A DNA stretch of 64,000 nt from Azolla caroliniana (Eukaryota; Plantae; Polypodiophyta). The notes below the pieces were generated by a model. That model was given only the letters and a program-made list of their open reading frames with translations. It was not told where the DNA came from and made no database searches. Shown here one piece after another: positions 1 through 14,300 of the stretch (position 1 is the stretch's first letter; each line of letters starts with the position of its first letter). The translations under genes were made by a program, and so were the position numbers. The stretch spans positions 17,918,001-17,982,000 of the forward strand of contig JBHGNT010000006.1 of the NCBI GenBank assembly GCA_043228905.1, written 5' to 3'.

Positions 1-945
1 TGGCCCGGTAAGCCTTCTATTGTATGTTGATGATTTAGTCATCGCCGGTGCCGATCTAGAAGAAATCCGCCGCGTAAAGTCTCAACTTGCGGCATCATTC
101 GAAATGAAGGATCTCGGAGACCTTCATTACTTCCTCGGGATCGAAGTGATCCGCAACCCCAAATGCATCTTGATCAGCCAGCGTCAATACGCGCTGAATA
201 TGCTCTTCAAGTTCGGGATGGAAAATTGTAAGCCCATCTCGACCCCTCTGGACAGAAATGTAAAGCTTCGCCGAGATTCGGGAAAGGCGTGCGACCCAAC
301 ACGGTTCTGACAGATTCTCGGCAGCCTTATCTATCTGACGATTACTCAGCCGGATCTTAGTTATCCAGTTGGCCTAATCAATCAATTCATGTCGCAGCCT
401 TTCAGTGCACACAACGGATACTGTGTTATGTCAGCGGCACGAAAGACATGACATTGTTTTATCGGGCAGGTATAGCCGAACAGTTAGTCGGCTACACGAA
501 TGCCGATTGGGCCGGAAACGCCCACGATTGTCGATCCACATCCGGATACGCCTTCTCGTTAGGAAGTGCGGCAATCATGTGGAGCAGCAAAAAGCAGCCG
601 ACAGTAGCACTGTCGAGCACGGAGGCCGAATATCGAGGGGCGACTGTCGCTACATACGAAGTCATTTGGTTGAAACGGCTATTACGGGTTTTGCAGGTAG
701 AGGTGTCTGATCCGACGACGATCTATTGCGACAACCTCAGCAGTATCCACCTTGCGAAAAACCTTGTGTTCCACGCTCGGACCAAGCACATTGAGGTGCA
801 TTACCATTTTGTCCACGAGCGGGTCCTTTCAGGAGAAGTCGAATTGGTGCATGTTTCGACTGATCGACATATTGCCGACATCTTCACAAGTTATGACATT
901 TCTCAGGTGCGCTTGGGTTGCGTCACCTCGACACGCCGAACTTGA
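1..945 (+). pseudogene. Ty1/copia (family A) reverse transcriptase C-terminus and RNase H, degenerate
   Basis: YVDDLVI, FEMKDLG, YTNADWAG, SSTEAEY and RTKHIEVHYHF motifs, broken by stops and frameshifts. Confidence 0.95.
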
Positions 946-1482
946 GGAGGAGAAAGGAAGAACAAGGGGAGTGTGAAAGGAGCGGAGGTAACCATCACGA
1001 GGGAAGTGACTTAGATGCGAAGTCGGATGGAGAATTTGACTTCGAACCGGCTGAAGAAGCCGAAGACGGAAGCAAGGGCCGTAAGCATAAGAAGGAGAGG
1101 AGGACAACCGAAACAAGGGGAGATAAGGCCAAGACTAAGACGTGGTCGGATGTTGTCAGGGCCTGAAGATTGAGAACGAATTGGAGACAACCAATTCGGA
1201 TGAGAGTGAAATTGAATCGGAAGAGTTCGATTCAATCGGTATGTTCGATTCGGATACGCCGAATAAACTAAAGGCCATGTGGAGAAAAGGACAGCGAAGG
1301 ACGCGCCGACACCGTGACAACAAGGGACCTGAGAAGGGCCAGATAAGCAGACAAGCCGACTGGAGGGTCGAAGCACGAGGAATCGAATGGGTCGAGGAGC
1401 GCAAGCGAGGCGTGAAGCCAGAAGGAACCAGAGTGTAGATCCGGAAGAGCAGACGAAACCTCAAGTTGAGCTGGAGGGGGAG

Positions 1483-1885
1483 TGTTGAGTGACAAGCTCA
1501 ACATTGGGTGCGTAATACGGTGCATAACCCAGTGCGTAGACTGGGTGTGTAAAACAATACGCATAACATGGCCGTAGCGGTGCGTAAACTGCAAGGCTGT
1601 TGGAAAGATATTCCACGTAGGAATATTATTTGGAGTTAATGTAGAGCTCATTTATGAGCAGTCAAGTACAATCAGTACTTGTGTCAGCTTGATTGTCAGG
1701 GCTTGTATATAAGGTGCTCACTGAGCACGAAGTATGTACAGAACAGAGAATTATTTTGAATTTGATCTATAGTGTCTCTCTATCTCTGTCTCTGTCTCTG
1801 TCTCCCTCTCCATCTCTGTGTTTTCCGTGTTTACTGAACTACTCTACGTTTATGCACACGCTTCCGCACAACCTATTCTTTTACA
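1483..1885 (+). repeat. 3' LTR of copia family A
   Basis: Purine tract gctggagggggag directly before TGTTG; ends TTTACA; similar to LTRs at 48342-48763 and 57031-57464. Confidence 0.9.
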
Positions 1886-2115
1886 AGGGCTTAGTGTGAT
1901 TTCATTGTCACAATATTCATTGGTTTGACAAATTCATTCAAGATAGTTAATCAATAGGATACATGAAGGATGTAGTTATAAATGTCTAGCTAAGAATTTG
2001 GAAACTAAAGCTATTTGTCAAGTGAAGACAATCACACTTAATGAAGTTGTCAAGATTTGTACAATGATGTTGTTTCATTTGATGAAAGGAAAGTTGTGTT
2101 ATTTTGTTTCAATAT

Positions 2116-2457
2116 TGTTGAGAATCAAACTCAACTTCCCGAGTGTGGGAACACACCCTAGTGTGTGAATACCCCACCACATACTATAGTAACTAGTGTG
2201 TCATAGAATCTTATAGTTCTATGACACATATTTAGTGTAGTTAAGTCTCCACCACTCTTTAGTAAGTGGTGATTGTATAGAGAGAAGGTGACTACATAAG
2301 CACCTCTCTCCTCCTCTTTGTAACTATTGGTTGTCTTATTCTTGTTAATACAATTTTCAGTGTTTTTTGTATCACTATGTTCTCTCCCTCCCTCTCTCAT
2401 CTAGACGTAAACACACATATCCCTTCCGCTGCACAGAATCATTCCCGATTCTTTACA
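2116..2457 (+). repeat. 5' LTR of copia family B
   Basis: TGTTG...TTTACA followed by PBS-like TGGTATCCGAG (tRNA-iMet type) at 2458; related to the solo LTR at 12968. Confidence 0.85.
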
Positions 2458-2739
2458 TGGTATCCGAGGATTGGCAGTATGTTCCAAGCCCATCCATGTG
2501 TGTTGCTTCTAAGCCAACATCCACAAAGAACTAGTCGATCGCTGTAGCAGCAACCTGCACAGTTTATATAGAGAGAAGAAGAAGAAAACAAAAACTCGCT
2601 CCATACAAATAAGCCAACATGAATACTCAGATGGGAAGCACTCTTTCCAATGAGAATCTCGATAGAAACAAATTTGCATCTTGGGAGTACAATATGCACC
2701 AATAACTTGTTAGCTAAGGCTATTGGGGTTACATCGAGG

Positions 2740-4839
2740 GAGCACAAGAATCTCAACCCAACCCAACACATGCCGACTACCCAACTTGGGAGCAAGTGGC
2801 GAGTTGTGTGTTATACTGCCTTGCATCATGTGTCCATGATCACATGCTTGGTTATATCCGAGAGGCCAAAATGTCAAAGGAGGCATGGGGGAACCTCAAG
2901 AAGATTTTCGCTGCCAACACAACCGCAAGAAAGCTTCAACTCTGTCAAGAGTTGAACGGTATACAACAGAGGGACATGTCAATCGGCAACTACACCTTGA
3001 AGATCAAGGAGTTGTGCGATGCCCTCAGGTCGATCAATGTTAACATTAACGACGATGAAATGGTGCAGATTTGCCTCGGAGTCTTTGCACCTCGGTTCGG
3101 AGCCATTCGGTAGGTAGTCCTCACGAGGGAGAATCCTCCCTCCTTCGAGCTCTAGTCGATGTTGCTGGTCGAGGAGAATCAGTTCAAACAAGAAGCAATG
3201 CACAAGAAGGACACATGCTCTATTCAAACTTTGATGGAGGAAGAGGCCAAGGTTTTGGAACAGGAGGCCGATTTGGCCAAGGCCGACAAAACCAAGAGAA
3301 ACCCTGAGAACATAACTTCTACTATTGAAAAGACACTTCGAATGCGTGAGGCGGAGCATTCGGAAGAAGGGGGAGCAATCATGCCGGACACAGCCGACAA
3401 AACAATTCTACCCAGTGCGGAGACTGCCACAGTGGTAAATTCGGCCACGATGAGGCATAGTGTCGGAAAAAGAAGAGTGAGTCGGCCTCCACAAGCTGAC
3501 AACTCACCAACTACGCCTCAAACTCTGACTATGACGATTGTGGCGGAATCTTCATGATGCGACACAGAGTGAAGTCGACAAGCACCTCCAACTCGGAAAA
3601 TGTATGGTTTGTCGATTCGGGTGCATCCAATCACATGCTGTCTCCTGAAGATTGGTTTCGAGGGCTATGAAAGCCCGAATGACCCGGATATGTGGAAACT
3701 GGGGATGACAATATTCACCCCATTCAGCATGTCGGAAACGTTCCTTTCGACGAAGAAGGGAATCAGACCTACATCAAGAACGTCTTACATGTTCCAACTA
3801 TAATGAAGAATCTAGTCTTGGTCGGTCAGATCGTGGAGCAAGGCATGCAAGTTCGATTCAACGACAGTCGTTGTTTCATCGAAAAGGAAGGCCGAATTAT
3901 CAGTCATGGTCGAAGAGAAGGCCGAATGTTCATCCTCGATTCTCACGAGATGAAATCGACAATGTATGCCAAGGGCAGAAAGGCCGACACTGACATAGAG
4001 CTATGGCATAGACGAATTGGCCACTTCAACCTCCAAAAGCTCAAAGGAATGCAATCAAAAGGAGTCATCATTGGACTCCTGAATTTTACCGAAAAGGAGA
4101 GTGCAGGCGCATGCGAAGCCTGCCAGTTTGGCAAACAACATCGTCAACCGTTCCCGAAAGAGAGGAACGTGAGCAAAGGGATCCTGGATGTAATACATTA
4201 AGATGTATGGGGACCAGCCCAAACGACAACATTTGGTGGTTGTTGATACTATGTAATGTTCATCAACGACTTCTCGAGGCATACCTGGATCTAACCTATT
4301 CGGTAGAAGAACGAATTGTTCAGACACTTCCAAAAACTCAAAAACGAAGTTGAAAAGGCAACCAGTCGGCATGTCCGATGCCTTCAATCGGATGGCGGCA
4401 ATGAATATAGAGAGAGTTTACCTGCCGACACACACCTCATTAGAATGGAGTAGCCGAATGAAAGAATCGACATATACTTGAGATGGCAAGGGAAATGATG
4501 AACGAGAAACATCTATCGAAATCATATTGGTCTGAAGCGGTGAACACGACCGTGTATCTAATGAATCACTAAACAACATCTGACGTGCACGATATTACCC
4601 CCCACGAGAAGTTCTATGGACAGAAGTAGGATCTTACGGATATTTGGATCTATGCCATTTGTACACATTCCGGATGAAAAGTGACATAAGCTCGATCCGA
4701 AATCTGAGAAGTGTATCCTTGTGGGGTACTCGCTCGAACAAGGGGTATAAGTGCTTCAACCCCTCTACCAAAAAGGTGCGAGTGAGTAGGGATGTCGTAT
4801 TCGACGAATCGATATCCTGGTACACGGTCAACTCGTCTT
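2740..4839 (+). pseudogene. copia family B gag-protease-integrase, degenerate, interrupted by a gypsy LTR
   Basis: gag AKMSKEAW motif, WFVDSGASNHM protease, LWHRRIGH and CEACQFGK, DVWGP; many stops. Confidence 0.9.
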
Positions 4840-5302
4840 TGTTACCGGTTGGCAAGAAGGCTTAAGGAGGTCCAAACCAGAGTGTGAAAGAAATAGTTAT
4901 TCGGGAACTGTTGTAATTAGCAGTCTTAAAATATATAGTAATATATGAGAAGATGTGGACGGACGGACCGGAATCGGTATGCCGGTCCGGATTCAGACCG
5001 ATCCCGAAAAGGTACCGGTTGGCACCGTTTTGTATTTTGCACCGGGGACCTATATAAAGGCCCGGTTACAATTTAATCGAGAGCGGATAATTAATAGAAC
5101 TTATTGCTTTAATCTTTTAGCATTGATTACCGTTCTGTACTCATTGTTATATCTTACGCATGTTAATGATGTGTTGCTAAGTAATCGATTAAGATCTAAT
5201 TAAATGTTGTGTCGCAAGTCATCCGGCCGTAACACCCTTTGGTGAAGTGTCTTAAGTGGAAACCCTGTGTTAGGCTGTTGTCCGGCCCTTAGGATTAACA
5301 CA
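4840..5302 (+). repeat. 5' LTR of G1, followed by PBS TGGCGACCACG (probably tRNA-Arg)
   Basis: TGTTAC start and AACACA end; homologous inverted copy at 28096-28557; tRNA identity is inferred. Confidence 0.85.
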
Positions 5303-5381
5303 GTTTTTGGCGACCACGATTCCTGCACAATCGCAGTGAACAATGGCAGGAATGGATGACTAGGCCACAGACGACCCAGTT

Positions 5382-8300
5382 ATGGAGAGAGCACGAAGAC
5401 TTGCTGAACGGAGAAGGCGGCCAGAGGCTTTCCAGCAAGCAGCGGAAGAAATCCGATCGGATCGATCATTTTCCAAAGTGATCCGGAAAGTGGTGGAGGA
5501 GTCGCTCCGTCTGCACCAAAACGCCCACCCGCACGAAGGAAGCAGCTTAAGCAGCCTTCGGGAAGCGGAAACCCTTCTCCAGGCCTTGGCCGAAAGAGAC
5601 GGCGAATCCGAAGCATTTTCAACGCTGGAATCGGATTCAGAAGGGGGTTACAACGCGCACACGAACTATCGTAGCAGTAATGACACCCCAGGAGGACTGG
5701 AGGACGAGGAGTCAGATACATTACCGACACCGGAACCAGAGTTGGCAGACCGAGAACCTCCGACACTAGACGTGGAGCAACCTCCGGAGACGGAAAAAGA
5801 CCGGAAAAAACCTCCAACACCGGAAGTTGAGCCGACAACACCAAAGGAAGACCGGCAAAGACCTCCGACGCCGACGGAACAGCAGGAAAGACCACCGACA
5901 CCGCCAGCCCGCGTACCGACACCGGACGACAACATGCCGTTCTAGTACTCCAAGTATAGGGATGATCCGGACGTGGAGGCTCATGTTCACGCATTTCAAC
6001 AAACATGGGAGGCGAACCATGTGTCACAACGGTTAACCGCGGCAGAAGAGGAACGATCTAAGATAGCCAAATTTGACGTGACATTGGAAGGACCGGCCGC
6101 TAGATGGCACCGGACACAGGACCCCAGCACCATCACCACCTTTGCGGACCTGAAAGACAAATTCTTGCACTTCTTTCAAAAGGAGGTGGACCAACGAGAA
6201 ATGGTGGGCTTATTTTATACTATCCGGCAGGACCCCGGGGAGAGCATTCCGCAATTTTTCATCCGGTTTCAACGGATGCACTGTCAACTTACCCGCGCAC
6301 CTCCGGAGGAAGAAACACGGGCTATATTCTTAGCCGCGCTCCGGGAACCTCTACGAACGGTATGCACGGTCATCGACTTTCGCACAAGCACCGTCGACCA
6401 GGTCATCGACCGGGTTAGAGAAATGGAGAAAATGAGCTCTTGGCTAATAATGGGATCCCTCCAACGAGCGTTACCAACCGATGAGGATCTCCGGTTCCGG
6501 CAAGCAATCCAATGCACGACTTGCTTGAATTCCGAACACTCGTCACTGGAGTGCACCATGCGGACGCAATGCTTACTCTGCCAATCTACGAGCCACACGA
6601 TGGACCGGTGCGAATATAACTTATTGAACCGGCAAGCACCACCAGTTCGGCAAATCGAGCCACGTAGCAGCCGAGACGAAGAAGACGAACGCTGGCGGCG
6701 AGAGGAGCGATATCTACCAGCACAGGATGTCCAGTACGACAATCCGCGAGAGAACTATGACCGGTACAAGAGATATGACGGGTACCGAGATTACAACGGA
6801 CGGTACGAGCATCACAACCGGGATCACTCCCCCAGGTATCACCAACGACGGGAAGATTACAGGAGATATGACGACCAACCCCGTCAAGGGTACCGCAACA
6901 AAAAGAACTTTAATAAAAAACGGCATTTCAAAAAAGGAAGCCACCCACGTGAACCGGAAAAAGGCGCCTCAAGCAGCCAATCGGACCAAAGCCCCGCGGT
7001 TACCACGGGTCCTCCACCGGGTACAACAAACAATGCCGAATCCAGCAATACCTGGAAAGCATATTGCTAATATTGCCGGCAAGAAGGAAATTATAGTAAT
7101 CAATGTCCGGCAAAAAGCTATGAGAAGCGACCGACAGTAAACATGGTAGTCGCCGAAGTCGCAGACCTACAACAGGTCACCACAAGGTCGAAGGGCAAGA
7201 AGACGGAATGGGAGACACAAGAGGCCATTCGGAAACAGGCAACGAAATGGCTGAAAAAGGCAAATGAGCGAAACGTAGTAGAACTTGCGCAGCAAAAGGA
7301 GAACACCGAAGAGCTCGCCGGCGGTAGTCAGTCCGAAAACGCGACACGACAGGCATTGCAGGAATGCCAGATCACGCTGCCGTTAGGACGACTCTTGCAG
7401 CTAGTACCAAGATTCACAGAAGGACTCAAGCCCGGCATGACGATAGGTGGCACACCACCGGCTCCGGTATTCTTATCAAATCTGGAGGAGGGACTGGTGG
7501 TGGTGGACACCAACAGTCCGGCAATTACTGCCATTGTGAAAGGGAAAGAACTCCCCGGCACGATAATAGACGGAGGCTCCGGCATTAATGTAATAAACCT
7601 CCGGACGTGCGATGCTCTTGGAATCCAAGAGTGGGAGCCATGTCTGTTTTGTCTCCGAATGGCGGACACAAGCTCGGTGCAACCGAAAGTATTAATACGG
7701 GACTTAGAAGTAACCATCGGGGGCCACACATTCCGAATCTCAGCCGTAGTTCTCCAGTTGCAGGCTCAAGGAGCGTACCCATTATTGTTGGGACGCCTTT
7801 GGTTAAAGACGGTACACATCAAGTAGAACTGGAGGAGGAATATGATTACGTTCCGACGGGGAAAAGCGAAGGTACGGGTACCAACACAACCAAGGAAGGG
7901 CACCGGCAAGGATCTGACACCGTTATATGCGGAGTGCGTCAATATGCTGGAAGGATTAGTAGATGAAGAAGAAGATCAGTACTTGCAGGAGAACCCGAAG
8001 ATTATACCCCTATTCGAAATTGACATCACTGAAGCGGTATCACCCTACTTACTGCAACTGGACGGAACCGAAGCGGAACCAGATAAAGAAGCAATCCAGG
8101 AGTTATGGCAAGCACAGGAGGCGTTGGAAAGAGAAATGGCCGTATCACAGCGCGTAAAAGCGTCTCAATTAGAAGAGGTAAATCTAGGAACGGCAGAGGA
8201 GGCAAAACCGGTGCACGTCGCCAAAGAAATGAATGCAGAGAACAAAACGGCAATAAGTACACTCCTCAACGAGTTTCGCGACGTATTTGCCTGGTCTTAT

Positions 8301-11097
8301 GAGGATATGAGAGGGCTGGATCCTCAGTTGTATCAGCACCAGATACATCTGAGTAAAGACGCCAAGCCGGAAGCACAGCGTCAGTACCGGATGAACCCAA
8401 ACTACGCTGCCAAAGTCAAGGAGGAAATCGACAAATTGTTGAGGGTTGGCTTCATCCGTCCCGTAAAGAAATCTACATGGCTAAGCCTGATCGTAGTTGT
8501 ACCGAAGAAGAATGGCAAAATTAGAGTTTGTGCCGACCACCGGAAGCTCAATGCGGCAACGATAACGGATGCATTTCCACTTCCGTTTACGGATGGAGTT
8601 TTGGATGCTGTTGCCGGCCATGAAGTCTACAGTTTCTTAGACGGATTCAGCGGGTATAATCAGATCCGGATGCACCCTGATGATCAAGAGAAAACGGCTT
8701 TCATCACCGAATGGGGAGTGTTTGTTGCCGTGGTGATGATGTTCGGACTGAAAACGGCACCGGCAACATTCCAACGGATCATCATGGAGATCTTTGGCGA
8801 ATACATACCGGCTTTTATGCAGGTGTTCCTTGACGACTTCGCCGTCTATAGCCGAGAAGAAGATCATTTGCAGCACCTCAGACTATGTCTAGAGAAGTGT
8901 AGGGCATACCGGATAAGCCTGAATCCGGCGAAGTGTGTATTTGGAGTGTCCAGTGGAACGCTACTAGGGCATATTGTGAGCAAGGAAGGCATTGCCGTAG
9001 ATCCGGACAAAGTAAAAGCAATCCTGGAGGCACCGGCACCAACAACGGCAAAGGCATTGAGCCATTTCTTAGGACAAATCCGTTGGCATAGCCGAATGCT
9101 CTGGTATTTGGCGGACCTAGCTACACCACTACATGCTGTGGTACACCGAACACCGTTCCAGTGGACCGACACCGAAGATAAGGCATACCGGGAACTCAAA
9201 GTTCTATTGTCGCAAGCGCAGGTAGTGCAACCCCCGGATTGGGCGAAGGAATTTCATGTGTTCGTGGATGCGTCTGACATTGCAATCGGGAGTGCGCTGA
9301 TGCAACTTACGGAGCCAAGATGGTACCGGCCTGTATATTACGCAAGCCGGAAGTTATCCCAAGCCGAACGAAATTACTCCACCACGGAAAGGGAAGCTTT
9401 AGGCATGATCTACAACGTAACAAAATTCAGGCACTATTTATTGGGGAGAAAGTTTTCCTTCCATGTAGATCATTCGGCACTCCTCTACCTAGTTTCCAAA
9501 GCGTCACTTACCGGTAAGTTGGCCCGATGGACTTTGCTGTTGCAGGAGTTCGAATTCGAGATATTCCACTGACCCGGCATACAACATGCGGCAGTAGATT
9601 ATCTAAGCCGGTTAGATTTCGATGAAACGGGTGACGGAGTACCGGACGAGTTTTCGGATGCAGAGCTTTTTCGAGTCACCACGGAAATGGCAACAGATGA
9701 AACGGTGACACAAGAAGATAAGTGGCTAACTAATATGCATCAGTTTCTGAGTACTGGATTGCCTCCGGAGGAGATGAACCGGGATGAGAGAAAATGCCTG
9801 GCGGTACAAAGCCGGCACTTCTGTTTACTCCGGGACACACTTTACCACAAAGGCGCAGACGGGATATGGCGACAAGCGGTGCACAGCGACGAGAAGGAGG
9901 TAATACTACGGGAAGCACACTGCGGAGTCGCCGGAGGCCATTATGCCGGAGATGCGATGACAAGGAAAGTATGGCAAAGTGGCCTATGGTGGCCGACTAC
10001 ATTGAAAGACGCAGTCCGGTAGGCGAAAGACTGTGATCTATGCCAGGGAATGGGCCAGTCAACGGAACAAGCTAGGATGCCGCACCAACCAGTACTACCG
10101 CTAGAACCATTTCAGAAATGGGGACTGGATTTTGTCGGACCATTTAAACCACTGGCAATGAGAACTAGCAACCGGTATATGATCGTCGCGACAGACTACT
10201 GCACTAAATGGGTGGAAGCCAAAGCCTTACGAGATAACACCACGGCGTCGACGACAAAATTCTTATATGAATGCATTTTGTGCCGATACGGATGCCCCAT
10301 AGAGCTGATAAGCGACCAAGGAGGGCACTTTCTTGGACAGGTGGTGGAGAGCTTGACGTCATTCTATGCGGTAATACATAAACGGAGCACCCCGTACTAC
10401 CCACAAGCCAACGGATTAGCGGAGTCAACAAACAAAATGCTACAAAATATCCTGCGCAAGATCGTCAATGAGAATCCGACAGATTGGGACACGAAGCTGC
10501 ACAGTGCGCTCTGGGCTTACCGGACAACGTACAAAACAAGCATCCAAACAACACCGTTCCGATTAGCATTCAGATTAGAGGCAGTCATGCTGGTCGAATT
10601 CCAGGTACCGAGCTTACGGATTCAGATTCGGGAACGACTCAATGAGAAGGAATCGAAGGCAATTCGGTTAAAGGCTCTAGGTGAACAGGAAGAACACCGG
10701 TTGGCGAGCATTATGCACCTGGAATTGGAACAACGGCGACGGAAAGCGTTTGTAGATTGGCATCGGAAAGGAAACGAAAAGATGTTCGAAGTCGGCAAGC
10801 CGGTACTAGTGTTCCAGACCCGGATGGGTAAAATTCCAGGCAAACTACGGTTTAGATGGACCGGACCGTACTAGATTACACGCGGGTTCAATGGGTCTTA
10901 CCAGTTAGGGACACTTGCAGGCGAGGTGCTGGGTAAATGGGTCAACGGATTTAGACTAAAACCATACAAAGGACCTATGCCAAAGAACCCATTTGAACAA
11001 AGGGCCGACGCCGAATCGGACGCCGGCAGGCCAACCACAACAGCAACCACCAAGCCGGTAAGGAGGAGCACGCGCCGGCAACCGGGGAAAGCATAAC
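5382..11097 (+). pseudogene. G1 gag-pol, a single frame broken mainly by point stops
   Basis: CX2CX4HX4C-like knuckles, IIDGGSGIN protease, LDGFSGYNQI and FLDD RT, VDASD...EREAL RNase H, KWGLDFVGPF and ISDQG integrase, GKLRFRWTGPY. Confidence 0.95.
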
Positions 11098-11315
11098 GAC
11101 GACAAACCGTCAAGGTGCGCGTTTCGGGTAAGGGTCTGACAGAACCGGAGAAAATTTAACCACACAATTTACTTTATAAAAAATAAAAAATAAAAAAAAT
11201 AAAAAAAATAAAAAAAATAAAAAAAGGGGCGAATCAAATAAATCATGGAAAGGAGTGGTGGAAACGGCCATGCAAACGAGGAGTAAAGAGGCACGTCGAA
11301 AAGGTACGAGGGGCT

Positions 11316-14300
11316 ATGAATAGGACATTAAACCACCGCCACATGGCACGCAATGCTATTATAGTACACGACCTGCACATGCGGAGGCTCGAAAAAGGCG
11401 CCAAGATGCAGAGAGAAAAACCCCCACACATCGAGACCTTCTCCTATCGCGAACCAAGGAGAACAGACGCAGACAGACGCGTGAAGATCAATCGCAGACA
11501 ACTCGCACACAGAGAAGCCCCTCCCTCAGAACTTTCTCTCTCACACTCTCCCCACCACCAAACCTCGCCAATGCTCTCCGACCTCAACGCAGATATGGGC
11601 TGCCAAACGCTGTTTGAAGCCGCCAAGAAATGGCTACGGTAGCACAGACTGGAGGGTTTCTTAACGATCATGGAGGTGGCGCCACATAAGGAGGCCGAAA
11701 AGATTATCAAAGAAATCGACACAGAGGTGATCACAGAGGAGGCGATCCGTGCGTTAATAGGCCTTCCGGAGGGAGGCATCTACACGATCGACAATCCTAC
11801 CTCCGAGCAACTCATCAAATATTTCGGTGAGTACTCTCTCGCCAACAAGGGCTACAGGACACAGGGCGGCGAAGATATGCTATTCCGCGAAATTGCCCGT
11901 GTGCTCCATGAGTTCGGCCACGTGTACCCTCGACCCCCTGTCATGCCTTAGAACTGAGCAGGCTTGATCATCGCAACGTATGAAGGGGTCAAGGTGGATT
12001 GGCCGGTGCTGATCGCCGACGGGCTGTGTACGACCATTGATATAGTAAGAGGAAAGGACGGCAAGGAAGGCCGGAAAATATGGCATGCGGTGACGCAATG
12101 GCTCACCCTATTGGCGCCGCCGGTCGAGCCCGTCCAAACCAAGAAGCGGGGAAGAGCAACGGACGGCACCCCGAAACCTGCTTCGAAACGACAACAATTG
12201 TTGGCCTCCAAGGCCACTAAGGGGAAGACGGCTGACGCAGAAAAGGCGGCAAAGGAGTGCACCAGCCGGAAGCGGCCGACGGACACACATGAGGAGACAC
12301 TGGCACGGGCCCTGAAGAGCCCACTCCACCGACCGGTGCAGCAAGAAACGGACACCCTGGCGGCAAGAATGAATGCCAGGACTCAGGCGGAGGAAATGGA
12401 GGAGGAACCCATGGAGCACCTCCAGCGGCGGCCGGTGAAGAGCACCGCTTAATCAACCGGGAAGCGTTCGGACCCACAGAAGGATGGAATGCTCGCAACT
12501 CACACTGAGCATCCCACGCCAAGGGAGGCACCGGAACTGGTTCAGATGGAACCGGTCACAGAAGTCCCTGCACAACAGGCAACACTGGCAAGCCCCGTAA
12601 CTCAAGAGCCGGTTATACAAAGGCCAACCTCCTCAGCCGACCAAGAACAAGTAGACAAGGGGCGGCTAGCCGGAACACACTTAGAGTGGGAACGACAAAG
12701 TGGTCAGCAAGCAGAACCAGAAGTGTAGCTCGACGCAGTAAGGCGGGACCAGCCACCGGCGAGTGAACCCATTAGCCACCCTGCCGTGCAAGCACAACAA
12801 CAGTGCACCGACAACCAATGGCTCCGGTGGATAGGAGAACAAATTGCCGGAGTAGTCGGATGCATAGAGGCGGAGGAAAGAGCACAAATGGAACGGTTGC
12901 TCGTCACAACCGATGAATTGGAGACGGCCCGGTCAAGGATCCGGTGCCTCGAACAAGACTTGGATCGTGTTGAGAATCAAGCTCAACTTGGTCTAGTGTG
13001 TGAACTCACCTTGAGAGTAAAGAGACACTCCAACGGTCAAGAGTCACCATTATGTCACCACTTTGTATTCTAGCATTTAGTATGAGTCATAGAATCATAT
13101 TCTATGACACATAACTTATGAGCTTTCACATTCCCCATGCTCCATGAGGCTTGTTGTTAATCAAGAGAGAGGGTGACTACATAAAGCACCCTCCTCCCAC
13201 CTTGTATAATATTGAGTCTTTCTCCTTTGTCAATATACTTTTACCTTGCGTATTCCTTGTCTCTCTCACTCCCTCTCTCTCTCATACACACACATAACTC
13301 ATATCTCTTCCGCTTCACAAGAATCCATCTCTTGATTCTTTACAGATTGGATCACAGGAGACATGGCCAAAATGGCCTTAACCGCAACGTAGATCCAAGC
13401 ACCGGTGACTCCGGTTGATGTACATATGAATAAGACCCCGGAGACACAAAGTGTCCCAGAAAAAGATGCGGCGCAAGCCCAAGAGCTTGCGGAATTATGA
13501 GATGAACTTGCCGCACAAGAAGCATTACGGAGCCGCAAACGCGACTTGAAGAAGGCGGTCGAAGAAGAATTAAAAAAGACTGCTGAGAACCTTCGCCGGG
13601 CAGAGGAAAACTTGCGTAAAGCACATCATGCTTAGGACTGGCTAAAGGAAGAAAAGGAGAAATTGCTGCAGGAAAAAGACAAGCTGCGATGGATGGCGGA
13701 GATGGAAATCGAGAGGCTGAAGGAAGAACTCCGTCAACAGAAGGACCGGGAGGACCGCGTGCGCCGGCAGATCAACTAGAGGCTGAAGCAGAAGACCGAT
13801 GATTTTGATCATCTGCACCGGGACTACAAGCAGCTGGAGACGGAGTATAAGAAACAGCAGGAACGATGGCCGAGCTCTGGCAAGAAGTTGATAGGGCCAC
13901 AACGGCACTCGCCGAAGAACGAGCTGAGAGTTCCAAGCTATTGGAGGAAGCGGCGAATGACCGGATGGAGCTCTACAAACAGAACCATGAAGACAAGGAA
14001 AGAGCGACAATGGTATTACAGAGGTTGCAAACAACTTATCAAAGTCAATTGTCGCATTATAGGGAGTAGGAGGCGGACACGGTCCGAATCATCAAGCAAT
14101 TGAAAGAGGAGCGACAAGCCGCAGAAAATAAATCACGGATGGGAGCCGAACGGATCCAGTGCATCCTCCGGTCATGGCTTACTAAGACCAAAAGTTTGAT
14201 TGATGATAGCTCTGTGCGTTGGTGGACAAAATGGGCGCCGAATATGGTGGAACTCCAATTGCTCAGGGCGGACGTGGAAAACCGGCGGAAGGAGGGTGAC

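Noticed and set aside
5380-6027. Conserved antisense ORF (also 27310-28017)
   Set aside because: Shadow of a GC-rich Pro/Glu gag region in two close copies; no independent evidence
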